A stretch of 63,908 nucleotides of DNA, counting the filler, from Asterionella formosa (taxonomy: Eukaryota): the NCBI GenBank assembly GCA_002256025.1. It is 17 parts of 17 records of this genome, joined end to end, with 100 filler letters (N's around TTAATTAATTAA, not from the genome) between each part and the next. Parts side by side here need not be neighbours in the genome. Positions count along the whole stretch, not along the records: positions 37,347 to 39,301 come from NKIB01000773.1; positions 39,402 to 41,355 come from NKIB01000774.1; positions 41,456 to 43,409 come from NKIB01000775.1; positions 43,510 to 45,460 come from NKIB01000777.1; positions 45,561 to 47,511 come from NKIB01000778.1; positions 47,612 to 49,561 come from NKIB01000779.1; 11 more parts are not named here. One strand, 5' to 3'. Under the pieces are notes generated by a model, which saw only the letters and a program-made list of their open reading frames with translations, did not search any database and was not told where the DNA came from. A program made the position numbers and the translations under genes. The number at the start of each line of letters is the position of its first letter. Position 1 is the first letter of the stretch. This document shows positions 37,247-49,561 of the stretch, in pieces.

Positions 37247-38068
37247 NNNNNNNNNNNNNNNNNNNNNNNNNNNNNNNNNNNNNNNNNNNNTTAATTAATT
37301 AANNNNNNNNNNNNNNNNNNNNNNNNNNNNNNNNNNNNNNNNNNNNGGGCTCGTTGTGGAGTACATCCGATGGAGAGATTGCAAAACGAGGACTCATGGG
37401 TTCAGGAATCTACCACTTCCACATCAACAAGACTATAATTGAGTCAGTTGAGTCAAAGCACGCAGAACAGCAAGAGGAATGATTATCTTTTGATATGGTG
37501 CATGTAACTATGTGATTATTAGTATATATGCTCTGTTTCCAGTCATCGGCTACGCTTCAATCACTCAAGTGATCTTTCAATGCAAGAAGGGGCGCCATGA
37601 ACTGCTCAGCTGAACACACATCGATAATCAACAGGCAGTGCACAGGAAACAAGGTTCATATTTGTTTCTGTGGGCGAAGGATCAATTGTCTGGCTATAAG
37701 GTCAATTGAACCAATTACGCCATGAGCACATGTGCTGTTGATCAAGCAGTCTCGACGACTGCAGCAGTTCAGTGCGTCTGCAAATAAAAATATTGTACTT
37801 ATAAGATCAGGAGTATCATGCAATACCTGGGACAGAATTTTTCTGTGCATGATACATATTTCGTTACATCTAAGCCGCGAATTACGTGAAGTGACCATCA
37901 CGTAAATAAGCCTAGTTAATTTTGAATTGATCACATGAATTAGTTGAATACATCAAAATGCTTACTTGAATATATCTATATATTATCTGAGTACATCACG
38001 TTATTATTTGATCAGAGTATCATGCATGCATTCCTGATCATCACTATATTACGTCATCACCTTAACAT

Positions 38069-38178
38069 AATTATTTGAAATACTTCACGTAATTATTTGA
38101 AATACTTCACATAATTATTTGAAATACTTCACGCAATTATTTGAAATACTTCACATAATTATTTGAAATGCTTCACTT
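38069..38178 (+). repeat. 22-bp minisatellite AATTATTTGAAATACTTCAC(G/A)T, 5 good copies plus degenerate copies to ~38270
   Basis: Units start at 38069, 38091, 38113, 38135 and 38157, with no spacers between them. Confidence 0.9.
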
Positions 38179-39401
38179 AATTCTGTAATTTAGTTCACAT
38201 TGCCTTATAATTTTATTCACGTAATTCTATAATATAGTTCACGTAATGTATTAAATTTGTTTACGTAATTTAAAAGTACAATCAAATATGTTGATTTCTA
38301 ATTCAACTGCCGGTATTTCACATTACATGGGAAACAAATCTCGATATGCAATCAAACAAAGCAGTACTTTCAGAATGGCATCTTCAGTCTTGAGAAGGCA
38401 GGCATCATGAGATGTCTGTAAGGACAATGCAAGACAAACAGAAACCGTTCATTCTGAATGAAAAGATTATTCATTCTTGAAAAGGCATCATGGTGCGAAA
38501 TCGCAACATGAATGTATCATACTGGCTTCCTCCTTGTCCTTGAAATGACTTCTTCATTGATCTGGAAAGATTTACAAAAGAACAGTGTGTCAGTAATTCA
38601 TTTAATAGAACTAGCAACAGCGAAAAGCAACACACACATGTGCTATTCAACTGTTTCATGGAGCAGTCAAATTGACAGCAGAACACCGGCATTAGCCAGC
38701 CACCAGGCAGCACCGCAACTCACTGATGCATTAAAAAAGATGCTCCTGTTGTGAAATGGACGGCTAAAATGTAAAATAAATGTAGAGAACAATAACAGAA
38801 CCATGTGATTTCTCGCTCGCTTTGCTGATACAATTATGAAAACTGAAGATTAATCTCACCTTCTTGAAGGCCTCCATTGCGGGTCTCCATATTGTGTCAT
38901 TTTTTCATCTGCTATCGCTCATACTTTCCAAAGAACACTGCTTTTCTGAAAAGGCCTGCTCAAATGTCAAATGAATGTTGAAAACACAAGCATGACATAT
39001 CATGAGTTATCCCTCGCTTGGTGATATAATAGCAAAAACAGCAAGCAAATAAATCTTACCTTAAAAGGATCGATTGCTTACGATCTCAATGTTGTGTCAT
39101 TCCACCTTCTATTGTTTCAACAAACAATATGTGAGTTCTTGGCTGATGTAGGATTTGTTAATGGTGAGGCACTGAAAAGCTAGAAGGGGATGCTGCTTTT
39201 AAGGGTCGTCCCCATGTTGAAAACATAGATTGTGCACAGTGGTGGTTAAATGTTGTCTTTATGAATTCAGAGGGTCAAAAATCCTGGCGCAGCCATGACT
39301 TNNNNNNNNNNNNNNNNNNNNNNNNNNNNNNNNNNNNNNNNNNNNTTAATTAATTAANNNNNNNNNNNNNNNNNNNNNNNNNNNNNNNNNNNNNNNNNNN
39401 N

Positions 39402-40564
39402 TGCTACGGTCGCAATTGGGATCGTCAGATATTTTGTTGGGATGTGTGATATCTTCATGGCGGTCGATCAAGCAGTACGGATGCGTATTTCTCCACACCA
39501 AGGGTCGGTACTGTAATTTTGTGCAAAATGGAGTAGTATTAAAAACGAATTTGCTAACCCACCAACACAATGATACCATGGTTGTCAACATTCACGAGTA
39601 TCACGGTAGTGAAAGTCCTCTTATCGTCAACTGTTATTCAGAAGAAGTCACCAAAAGATTTTGTTTCGTCATAATGCTGAATTGATAAATTCTTGCCACT
39701 TGGAAAGAAACGAATAAACTTACCTTGGCTCGTCCAATGTACAGTGTGAGTTGGTTGACTTCATTTTTGATGTACTTTCCGTTGACAACTCCACTGAAAT
39801 AAAACATTTTGGCACCCTCGTAAATCTCTGTCCAAAATCGATGCTTCCTCAAATTTTGGCTGTCTTGAACTGATCCAAATGAGTAAACACACCCATAACT
39901 TTGGGGAATCATCCATGATTTTGCAAAATGTTTAGAAATTCAAATGTTTCCATTTCAAAACCGAACTTGGCATCTACACACAGCAAGACAAGGTCGGCAA
40001 TCTTGGCGCAGTCCAACATGGCAGTTGTGTCGTTGGGGCATTCGACAAACGTCACGCGCTTCTTGTTGTTTGTCACGACAGTGATGGGACCCGTAATTGT
40101 TGTCAGGTTATGGTTGGTATACATTTTGACCAGTGACCGAATGAGTGTGGACTGTCATTTAAGAAAAGACAGAAAGTCAGCATTACGTACTGTCATGACT
40201 GTAATTTGCACAAACCCCATCAATGCTACGGGAAAACAACAAATATATACCGAAATGCATCGCTCACCTTCCCGACCCCTGGAGGGCCCATGACAACCAC
40301 CACACTAGGCGGCGCCTCATTGCTGTCCTTGGAAGCTCTACGATCCTTCTGTGGAACGTACTCCTTCTGGTGCTTTCTGTCTGAGTTTCGTTGGAGAGTC
40401 CTCTGCGTTCTCACAATGTTTGCTACAGAAAAGGCTCGATTGTTGTGGCGCTCGACTCGAGTTCCTGCTACCTTGGCCTTTTTATCTTTCTTGGCCTCCT
40501 TTGCACCACGCCCTTCCTTGCGGCCCTTGTGACCATGATTGCTTTGATCAGGCGGTGCATCCAT
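39402..40564 (-). pseudogene. BMS1: Ribosome biogenesis GTPase BMS1, 5' part, disrupted; exons 40564-40268, 40151-39724, 39510-39402
   Basis: VVVVMGPPGVGK-STLIRSLVK, TFVECPND, AKIADLVLL..D..FGFEMETFEFLN, HRFWTEIYEGAK, YRPLVWRNTHPY. In-frame TGA at 39909-39911 and a frameshift near 39850. Confidence 0.88.
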
Positions 40565-40649
40565 TGTGCATTGAATCGCAATTGCTGACCGACACTTGAT
40601 TAAATATATAGAAAAACTGATGGCCTTGAAAGAATATATACCGTAGTTT

Positions 40650-41355
40650 TGTAGTGAAAGAGGGAACGATGGAGAAGGACGACGAGGACGAACGAGGAGG
40701 AGGAGAGTTGTGTGAGTCGATTAACGAACCTGACAAGCTCAAAGAGAGTTTGGAAGGGGGTTTGTTAAAAGAGTGATTAGATTACCGGTAGTTTAACCGG
40801 GCTAGAATAACGAGTCACACGAGTACACAATACTTCATGCGTCAGACAAAAAGATAGTTCAGAAGGACAGACTTGCGATTTATAACATCCCCCCGTCTTT
40901 CGAAGAAGAAAAAGAAAGAGAAAAAAATGAAAGCAAGAGTTGTCAGAGGACGGAAGAAAATGGATTAGCAAGAGCCCGATGACCAGCATCAAGGAAAGAA
41001 TATCCCATTATGGTCGTGCAGTGAGCACTGAGAGTAGCAAATGGTAAAGCTTTGGTGAAGTGGTCCGCATTATTGTGAGCAGATGACACACGGTGAAAAG
41101 AGACTCGACCATGGCGAACATGTTCCTGGAGAGCCTGTGTCTTAGTGGCTATATGACAAACATTGCGAGTGAGTTTGCCAGCATGAGCAATAATTTGTGC
41201 AGCTGTGTTATCTTCACCGATAGCAATGATAGGAGTGTGGTAAGGGAGAGACATGTCTTCCATATAAATTCGTAGCCAGAGCACATGTTTAGATAATGTA
41301 GTAGCAGCATCTAGTTCAGCTTCTGTTGTATTGTAAGCAGTGGTACTTTGTTTGC
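40650..41355 (-). mobile_element. Ty1/Copia 3' end (RNase H, PPT, 3' LTR 40650-40887), same family as 31406
   Basis: IGEDNTAAQ..NNADHFTKAL. LTR homologous to 31406-31637 but with a different flank. Confidence 0.9.
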
Positions 41356-42155
41356 NNNNNNNNNNNNNNNNNNNNNNNNNNNNNNNNNNNNNNNNNNNNT
41401 TAATTAATTAANNNNNNNNNNNNNNNNNNNNNNNNNNNNNNNNNNNNNNNNNNNNCAAGGTATTGGCAAATATTTACGTGGTCAGTATGAGGTATGTAAC
41501 AGGTCAAAATTCTACCATGTAGAATTTTTGGTAGAATTTGTTATCTCGTTTTGGTAGTATATTCTACCAATCATAATAACGAGGTTAGGGTTAACAGTGA
41601 TATTTTCAAGAAAATGCTACCGGTACCTGCAAGGAAAAGGAGAGCAATACCTGTATATGTTCTATCTACCGATAATTTCGGTAGTCCATAATTACTTCAT
41701 TCTTAAAGTTCCTTTAACCCGTCTCAACTGTAATAATCACTGTTAATGATACTCGCTGCTATTCTATACAAGGATGCATGGACGCGAGATTGACACACGA
41801 GGATGATGGACTTTCGAATGGTAAGGCAAAAGATGGCAACAACACAGTATGCCCTGCTCGCTCACACTTGCTCCCATCGAACACAACACAGCAACAATCC
41901 TGCGGATTCAACAGCACATGGTACATCCGTCACGTGGAAGCATCGCCCTCCAAGCACTGTAAAATGCCGTCACCAACCGAAGGTCGGTCGCTTCCGTTGC
42001 ATTTCAGGCTATGTACCAAACCGTTCACACCGCGGACCAGCCGCCGCAAAACATGGCTGATTCTGGGATTCAAGACAAGTTGAGGACGGATCTGTTCCTG
42101 GAAGTGGAAGTCAACCAAACAGAATGTGGGACCGAAAGGATAGATCCTGAACTCA

Positions 42156-42485
42156 AAGTGGTTGTTGCGTGAATTCAACAGACTGCCACACTTTCTTGAG
42201 CATCGTCTTGAGCCTTCATATACACCAAAACTATTTGAACTGTTTTACACAGTCTGAAATTGTGACGACTTTTGGAAGAATTTGATGCTCGTGGGTGGTT
42301 CACTTGGAGCAGTTTTATTGGTCTTTGCTGCACTTAACAATGCTTTTTTACTTCACTTCAAGATTGGCGATTGGAATCTTCTAGTATGGTATGTTGGTGT
42401 GCTGGGTATAATTTACTCGACAGGAAAGGCTATGCTCCCAGATCCAAAGATTCACCCCTGATACACTCGCAACATCTTTGCCAAG
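42156..42485 (+). pseudogene. ATG9: Internal fragment of autophagy protein ATG9, frameshifted
   Basis: Manual translation: KWLLREFNRLPHFLEHRLEPSY ... FGRI/LMLVGGSLGAVLLVFAALN ... WYVGVLG, with two frameshifts and a stop. Confidence 0.7.
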
Positions 42486-43283
42486 GTTGAAAACTGCCTT
42501 GCTTTCGCAGTTTGTAGTTCATATCGATTTCTATCCTGATATTTGGAATGGGTGTGGTTGGTTAAAAGTGTACATAACCATGTACCATGCAGAAAACTAT
42601 TTGCTTGTCCATGAAGGTTTAGTGGTGATGGCGTTCCTCCAGTTGTGGTGGTTCCAATGGACATGACAGCACCATCTACAGTTGGAAGTAGTGTGAATGT
42701 TGAGGGGCAAATTCAACAATTAACAAGCAGGCAACGATTTGCAATTATAGTTGGACCTCATTATGGTTCTGGCCTACAAGCAACTGTATGTAATCCCAGC
42801 AAGGCTCCAACAAAGTCGCAAGGACTTTGTGAAGTTGGAATTGCAGAGAGAAAGTCAGTCAGGCTATTTACAAGGCTTGAGAGGGGGAGGAATAAATGAT
42901 TTTATTATTGGGTAAGTTACAGAGCAGATTACCGGTAGTTGTGGTTTAAGTGCTCATACAATGATCAACAGAATATATGAGGCATATTGTCAAGAACTTT
43001 CATTGACCCACATTTTCAACAAAATGCTTATTGATTGATGCAATGGTGAAAATCTACAACTACGTGTTTAGTTTATTTCTACCACATTAACTAGCATGCA
43101 CATTATTACATTCTCATTGTTTCCATGTAATGTTAGTCATTTGATATGAGTTGATTTACCGATGTGTTAATATGTATTGTAGGAGTACCATAGTATGATA
43201 GCCGACACAAATTTAATGATCACTCTGCATACCGGTATACCGGCACGTATATTGAATTGCACGACGAAGTACCTGGTACCTGG

Positions 43284-43409
43284 TGAAGTATCTAACTAGA
43301 AGTAGTAGTATTTGTTGAATATATGAGCTTATTTGTTAATCCTTGTGTGTAACTCGTTCTCCAAGTCGACACCAAAGTATACAATGAGGGTTAGTCGAGT
43401 TCTCTCATT
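43284..43409 (-). repeat. 3' end of an LTR related to the 5983-12365 Gypsy family
   Basis: Reverse complement of ...TTCAACAAATACTACTACTTCTAGTTAGATACTTCA, followed by CCAGGTACC. Confidence 0.85.
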
Positions 43410-43509
43410 NNNNNNNNNNNNNNNNNNNNNNNNNNNNNNNNNNNNNNNNNNNNTTAATTAATTAANNNNNNNNNNNNNNNNNNNNNNNNNNNNNNNNNNN
43501 NNNNNNNNN

Positions 43510-44854
43510 GACCGGCCAGCGAACCGGGCAGCGTGAAGATGTCGGCCAGGTAGTTGGCCACCGGGTCATCCGATTTTTCGCCCAGCTTCCAGGCGACGGT
43601 AGGGGCCACTGGGCCTGCGATCAGGTCGCAGTCCTTGAAGGCGTTTTGGAAGTCGTCCGCAATCATGCGGCGGATCTTTTGTGCCTGCAGGTAGTAGGCG
43701 TCGTAGTAGCCGTGGCTCAGCACATAGGTGCCTATCATGATGCGGCGTTTTACTTCGTCACCAAAGCCCTCGGCGCGGGTCTTTTTGTACATGTCGGCCA
43801 GGTCGCTGTAGTTCTTGGCGCGATGACCAAACTTCACGCCATCAAAGCGGCTCAGATTGCTGGAGGCCTCGGCTGGCGCAATGATGTAGTACACCGGGAT
43901 CGACAGCTCGGTGCGTGGCAAGGTGATGGGCACCAGCTTGGCACCCAGGGCTTCGTATTGCTTTAACGCTGAGTCCACGCGTTCGCGTACATCAGTGCTA
44001 AGGCCTTCACCAAAAAACTCTTTGGGTATGCCGATGCGCAGGCCTTCAATGGAGTTGTTCAGGCTCTGCGAGAAGTCTTCGGCGGGTACATCCAGCGATG
44101 TGGAGTCCCGGTCAGGATCGGGGCCGCACATGGCGCTCAGCAAGAGCGCACAATCTTGCGCCGTGCGGGCCATGGGGCCAGCCTGGTCCAAACTGGAGGC
44201 AAAGGCCACCATGCCGTAGCGCGATGCACGTCCGTAGGTGGGCTTGATGCCGGTGATGCCGCAGAATGAGGCGGGTTGGCGAATCGATCCGCCCGTATCA
44301 GTACCGGTAGCCGCGGGGGCCAGGCGCGCCGCCACCGCCGACGCGCTACCTCCCGACGATCCGCCAGGAATGCGGTCCAGATTCCAGGGGTTGCGCACGG
44401 GCACCGCGTTGTCGTGACCTACCGCTGCAATGGCCGTGTTCTCGTTGCTGGAGCCCATCGCGAATTCATCGCAATTGAGCTTGCCCAGCGTCACGATACC
44501 TGCATCGGCCAATTTGGCGACCACGGTGGCGTCAAAAGGCGACTGGTAACCCTTGAGCATGCGCGAGCCTGCCGTGGTCGCAAAGTCGCGGGTTACAAAA
44601 ATGTCTTTGTGGGCCAGGGGCACACCGTCCAGCGGGAGGGCGGTGCCAGCAGCTATGCGGGCGTCTGCCGCGCGGGCCTGGGCCAGGGTCACTTCGGGCT
44701 TAAGGTCCACAAACGCACCCAACTTGGCATGGGCCTGGCTCCGGTCCAAGAAGTGCTGGGCCAATTCCACGGCAGATACCTGTTGGGCGGCCAGCGCGGT
44801 TTGTAATTCGTGCACTGTCAAGTCATGCAGTGCGGAGGTAGAAAGTGTCGTCAT
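43510..44854 (-). CDS. gatA: Asp/Glu-tRNA amidotransferase subunit A (bacterial, 3' partial)
   Basis: Amidase signature ([33 protein letters not shown]), [18 protein letters not shown]. High GC, no introns, operonic with gatC. Confidence 0.96.
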
Positions 44855-44880
44855 AAAGTCTTCGGGGGGACTGGCAAAAA

Positions 44881-45180
44881 TTATTCGATGACCTTGGGCA
44901 CTAGAAACAGGCCGCGCTCCACCGCCGGGGCGCTTTTTTGGTTGGCTTCGCGCTGGTTGGGTTCGCTGACCCCATCCGGGCGCAGGCGCAGGGCCATGTC
45001 GGACTGGGTGACGACCGGGTGGGCCAGCGGCGCAATGCCTTCGGTGTCGACCGAGCGCATTTGCTCAACAACTCCGAAAAAGTTGTTCATTTGGGCGAGC
45101 AGGCGCTCACTCTCCGGGGGCTGAAGTTCGAGGCGTGCCAAATTGGCAATGCGCGCGATATCGGAAGATGTCAGTGACAT
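44881..45180 (-). CDS. gatC: Asp/Glu-tRNA amidotransferase subunit C (bacterial)
   Basis: [10 protein letters not shown]...LRPD...FLVPKVIE, immediately upstream of gatA. Confidence 0.95.
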   Translation of the reverse strand: MSLTSSDIARIANLARLELQPPESERLLAQMNNFFGVVEQMRSVDTEGIAPLAHPVVTQSDMALRLRPDGVSEPNQREANQKSAPAVERGLFLVPKVIE

Positions 45181-45381
45181 GGTGCTAGATAGGTTGAAAC
45201 CAAAGGTAAATCAAGCCAAGTGGCACCTGACCGGGCAGGTGATTCACAGGCAATCGGTTATTATCCTGCCTTTGGCTGAAGTGGCGTTAAATCGACGAAA
45301 TTGACGCCAAGCTTACGATTTTTAACGATAGAACCATGGTGGTGCAGGGCCGAAGCGCTCCGCACACCTGAGAGGATTTTG

Positions 45382-45460
45382 ATGTTTAGCGCGTTTCGGC
45401 AGTATTTTTCTACCGACCTGGCCATTGACTTAGGTACTGCCAACACCCTGATTTTTGTGC
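45382..45460 (+). CDS. mreB: Rod shape-determining protein MreB (N-terminus only)
   Basis: MFSAFRQYFSTDLAIDLGTANTLI with a GAGGA RBS. Divergent from gatC, a common proteobacterial arrangement. Confidence 0.9.
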
Positions 45461-47281
45461 NNNNNNNNNNNNNNNNNNNNNNNNNNNNNNNNNNNNNNNN
45501 NNNNTTAATTAATTAANNNNNNNNNNNNNNNNNNNNNNNNNNNNNNNNNNNNNNNNNNNNAGACGTAGTGGAACTTTGTTTTGTTGTATTCTCATGCAAC
45601 CTAACAAATACAATCATTCTGAAAAAATAAGAATCTATTTGAATATATACGCTTGAAGATGTTCTAAAATCGAGGAAGAAGTTGAAATAGATTTTCATAA
45701 AATCAGTTGAGAGCTCATTTGTGTTCACTTCCAAACCCGACGATTTTGAAAAGGTTTACACTTCTCCAGAGACAAGAAGTTGATGTGTCGATTCCAAAAA
45801 GTCCCAAATAATCAGAAAGGCAGTCTTTAATCGTGAAACAAACAGTTGAATCAATCGTTTTCAATCGAAATGCAATTGGCTATTCATATTGACCATTCGC
45901 CAAATTTCGTGATGTCCAAAGATAGGGATGATCGAAATGATTTTTTTATTGAATCATATGATGATAAAAGAAATTTTTAAAGTTATCATCAACCAAGAGA
46001 ATCCTGAAGATACTTCATTTTTTGAGGAAACTGCAAGTGAATTGTATGTCATGACATTTTTCCCAGCCATTCAAAATTTCATATGCATGAACAGAGCAAA
46101 AAATCCAAATTTGAGTGATGGGAAACATTTTATTCTCAAACTCGGCAAGATAGTAGATATGCTGCACAGTTTTTCATGCTGCCATTTTCCTTTTAGAGCA
46201 CCTTCTGGTGAATTCGTGTTTCAATAATTCACAGCATCAATTTCTATTGCTTACTTATAGCCCCGCTTTTACCTGTATATAAAGGTTTAAACAGCTGCAA
46301 TCATGAAAACGTGGAAGACAGCAGAAGGTTTGGCAAATGTAGAAGCCATTCAAATGAAACTTGTTGACAAAACCAACATTCATTGCTGTCAATGCCTGTA
46401 ACATTGATAATGACCTCATTAAGTTCTTTCATTCTTGAATTGATTAATTTTTTGGAAGCGATGATGTGGAAATGTAGAAGGGAATCACGTCTGTAACATT
46501 CGTGTATTGAATTCTTTTGATGGGCAACACTGCTCCTTAAGAAACATCGCTTGTCCCTAGTCCTGCTGGTGTCAGCTTTTAAGAGTGAAGCAAAGATTTT
46601 TGAATTAATAAATTTTTTTTTGGATACCACTAAATGGATGGAAGATATATAAGTTTGCTGCAACCCCAGCATGGAAGGTCTCTGCCCATCAATTTTAAGC
46701 AATTATTTGTGCATATTGATCAAAAAATTGGTTTCTTCTATATCTAGTTTGGTCATTAGATAAGTTTCAACTGATATAGAAATTTGAGTGTGCTAGGATA
46801 TATTCACGATTCCTTGAACTAGCTTTTAAGAATTTTTGATTACAACGCCACTGGCACCAACAAAGTCCAGTGCATTGCGATGGGATTTTTAGCTTTTCTG
46901 CATTTGATGAATTTCCCTTAGCTAGGTTTGCTGGATAACAATTAAGTATCAATGAAACTGGATGTTCTTCTTCAGCCACCTTGCACCCTTTTGTAGCATG
47001 AAGGATCATGTAGTATCCAAAATAAAAGAGCGTGCTTTCTGATAAGCATCCATGGGGCTGAATTCATCGTACTCAAGTTCTTTTGTCGTTTTGGGTACAA
47101 GTACTGATATTCTGTATCCGCTTCTTGATCAATCTTCAGCATTATGCTGGTCTTGGGGTACAAATCTATTTGATTTGTAATTAAATTAGCACCTAAGATC
47201 GGCACACCGATCCCTGACTGCTCCAAAATCAATGTTGAAAACAATATTGATACTGTCCAATTTTCTTCACCAAAATAAATT

Positions 47282-47511
47282 TTAGTTTGTTTTACAACCT
47301 AATTTTGGGTACTCCCCTTTTCAACATGCAAGTTTTCATTGTGCTATGCACCTGCCAACAAGACCTGTGCTTCCCTAGTTTTGCTAGTGTAGGTGTTTCT
47401 TTATCCAACCACCTTTCACGAACGGTGATCGTTTTAGCTGCAGCATTAGGGGAAACTCCAAGAGCCTATTATTTCCATAGGCAAGTTTTGCATTGTGCTA
47501 CCTGCCAACAA
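47282..47511 (-). mobile_element. SINE-family copy, 3' part
   Basis: Reverse complement aligns with 51233-51400 (TTGGAGTTTCCCCTAATGCTGC...AAAACTAGGGAAGCACAGGTCTTGTTGGCAGG...GGGGAGTAC). Confidence 0.8.
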
Positions 47512-47739
47512 NNNNNNNNNNNNNNNNNNNNNNNNNNNNNNNNNNNNNNNNNNNNTTAATTAATTAANNNNNNNNNNNNNNNNNNNNNNNNNNNNNNNNN
47601 NNNNNNNNNNNACATGAAACCGTTAAAAGTAATCTTTTTTACGTGAAGAGTGGCATTAATGCATGTGAAGTACCACATAATTAACACTCATACGTAGACG
47701 AAATTTCGAAAAGTGGCGTATTTCGCGGCTTAGATGTAG

Positions 47740-47925
47740 TAGGAAGGCGGCACACTGCTTGTAGAGGGGCAACCCACTTTTCCTTGCACACCAGGCAAAA
47801 CTGTGCGGGACGGTGAGGAGTGTGGGAGCCAACCCGACAATTGCTTCTCAAAAAATTGCGGGAATCGAACCACAAAACTTCAAATCAAAGACAACTTGCC
47901 CGACCAGCCAACTGAGCCATTCTCC
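47740..47925 (-). mobile_element. SINE-family copy, 5' part with intact Pol III boxes
   Basis: Minus strand has A box TGGCTCAGTTGG and B box GGTTCGATTCC. Body aligns with 51038-51228. Confidence 0.8.
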
Positions 47926-49500
47926 CAGAGAATTTTTTTATGTTTGTGTGTGATGAATGAAACTCCTGAAGCATTTTCACTACCGAAAGTAGTTTGTTTT
48001 TGAAAGTTGCATAATTCGTTTTGGCTGTCCAAAGTTTATGAGAATAGCTAATAGGCAACTGGGATCATTTTGCTTAAAAACAGAGCCTGATTGATAATCA
48101 GAAACTTCAGTGATGATATGAAAAGGAAGCTTTTTATCAAGATGATAGCTAGCTCATGAATGCATCAGTAACCATTGCTTTCATAGCATCAAATGATTGT
48201 TGATGAAAAAGCAGCCATAGCATAGGCCAGAACAAGTCAAATCCATGAATGGACCGAAAACATGGGAAGGACAAGGTAACAGCCATGTCCCTTTAATAGG
48301 TGTCCACACACACCAAGGAACAAACGGACTTGTTTAAAACTAGTAGGTTGAGTCATCATGTTGATTAATGCCCACACCTGTTTAGACCAATGTTTGAGCC
48401 CATTTGGAGTTTAAAATTTCCTAACCAGTCAGTTTCTTGAGCAGCCCATTCACATTTGGATGGATTAACCGAAAAAGAGTTAGCTTCTTGCAATACTCAT
48501 AATATATCCAATGAGTGCATTCGATCTGAAACTGTCAAAGAAAAACAATCACCATTATCCATATAATTTTCCAAATATCTGGTTCATCCAAATTTTGTAA
48601 CACTACTTTTTTGTGCAATTTCAGTAGATGGTTTAGCATCCATAGGTAAGTATAAATAGTTTTATAATCCAAATGAAGTAGAAATAGCACATAAATCCTG
48701 ACTTTCTGCATGTAATGAAAATTTATACTGGTAATACTGCATGGAAATGTCCAAATTGGTAATGGATGCATATCCATTGCGTTTTGTGAGGATAGATTGT
48801 ATTTCTCAAGAATGGCTGCCAAGTCGGGAAGTATCTGTCGGTTTTTGGAAGAAGGAATAAGAACCACACGAACCTGCAAAATTACGGCAAGTTGCTCGTG
48901 CCTGGGTACCAGTACTGGTACCGGTACACCGCATACAGCATCGATGTACTCACCACTACATACCGGTGTGTACTGTTACCTGTATGTGCATTGTCCTGCT
49001 ACCGATACATTATTAAAAAGAAAAATTCCATTCCGCGTGGAGGCATATCTAAGGAAACAGCAAAGATTGTACCAAGGCCCTTGTACCAGGTACCCTGGTA
49101 CTCCGAGTACCATACCGGTACCCCGGAATTAACGTTCGCACCACTGGTACGATAATGTTGTATCACTGTGACGAGGCAGAATTGAATACAGGTTCCCGGT
49201 GGACTGGAGTCGTACCAGGTACCAGGTACCGTAGCCTTCCACTAAACGCACAAGGCTCAATGCTAGGTAGGACATGGCAAAGAAACATCACAAGACGACA
49301 ACTCTACTGGGTACCAGGTACCAGTGTCGTACCGTGGTAGGTACCTACCGGTAATACCGGGATAGCACACCATCCTAATCCACATCCGCCGCCATAGCAA
49401 GCAACAGTGACAGAAACGTCTTCTTATTCGCAATAGGAATTGTGAAAGATCAGCGCGTTGCTTTGGTTGATCAGATTGACGACCGAGCTGTCCATCAATC

Positions 49501-49561
49501 ATGAAGCTCCTTCCTCATTTGTCTCTCCTCCTCCTCTCACTGTCGGCCACACGGGCCAAGA
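49501..49561 (+). CDS. Probable start of a secreted protein (signal peptide), truncated by the contig end
   Basis: MKLLPHLSLLLLSLSATRAK, downstream of a GTACCAG cluster. Confidence 0.5.

Noticed and set aside
38069..38270. Possible CRISPR array
   Set aside because: Head-to-tail 22-bp units with no unique spacers, no cas genes, and a eukaryotic context.
43510..45460. Horizontal transfer of gatCA
   Set aside because: No junction with eukaryotic DNA; contamination is the simpler explanation.
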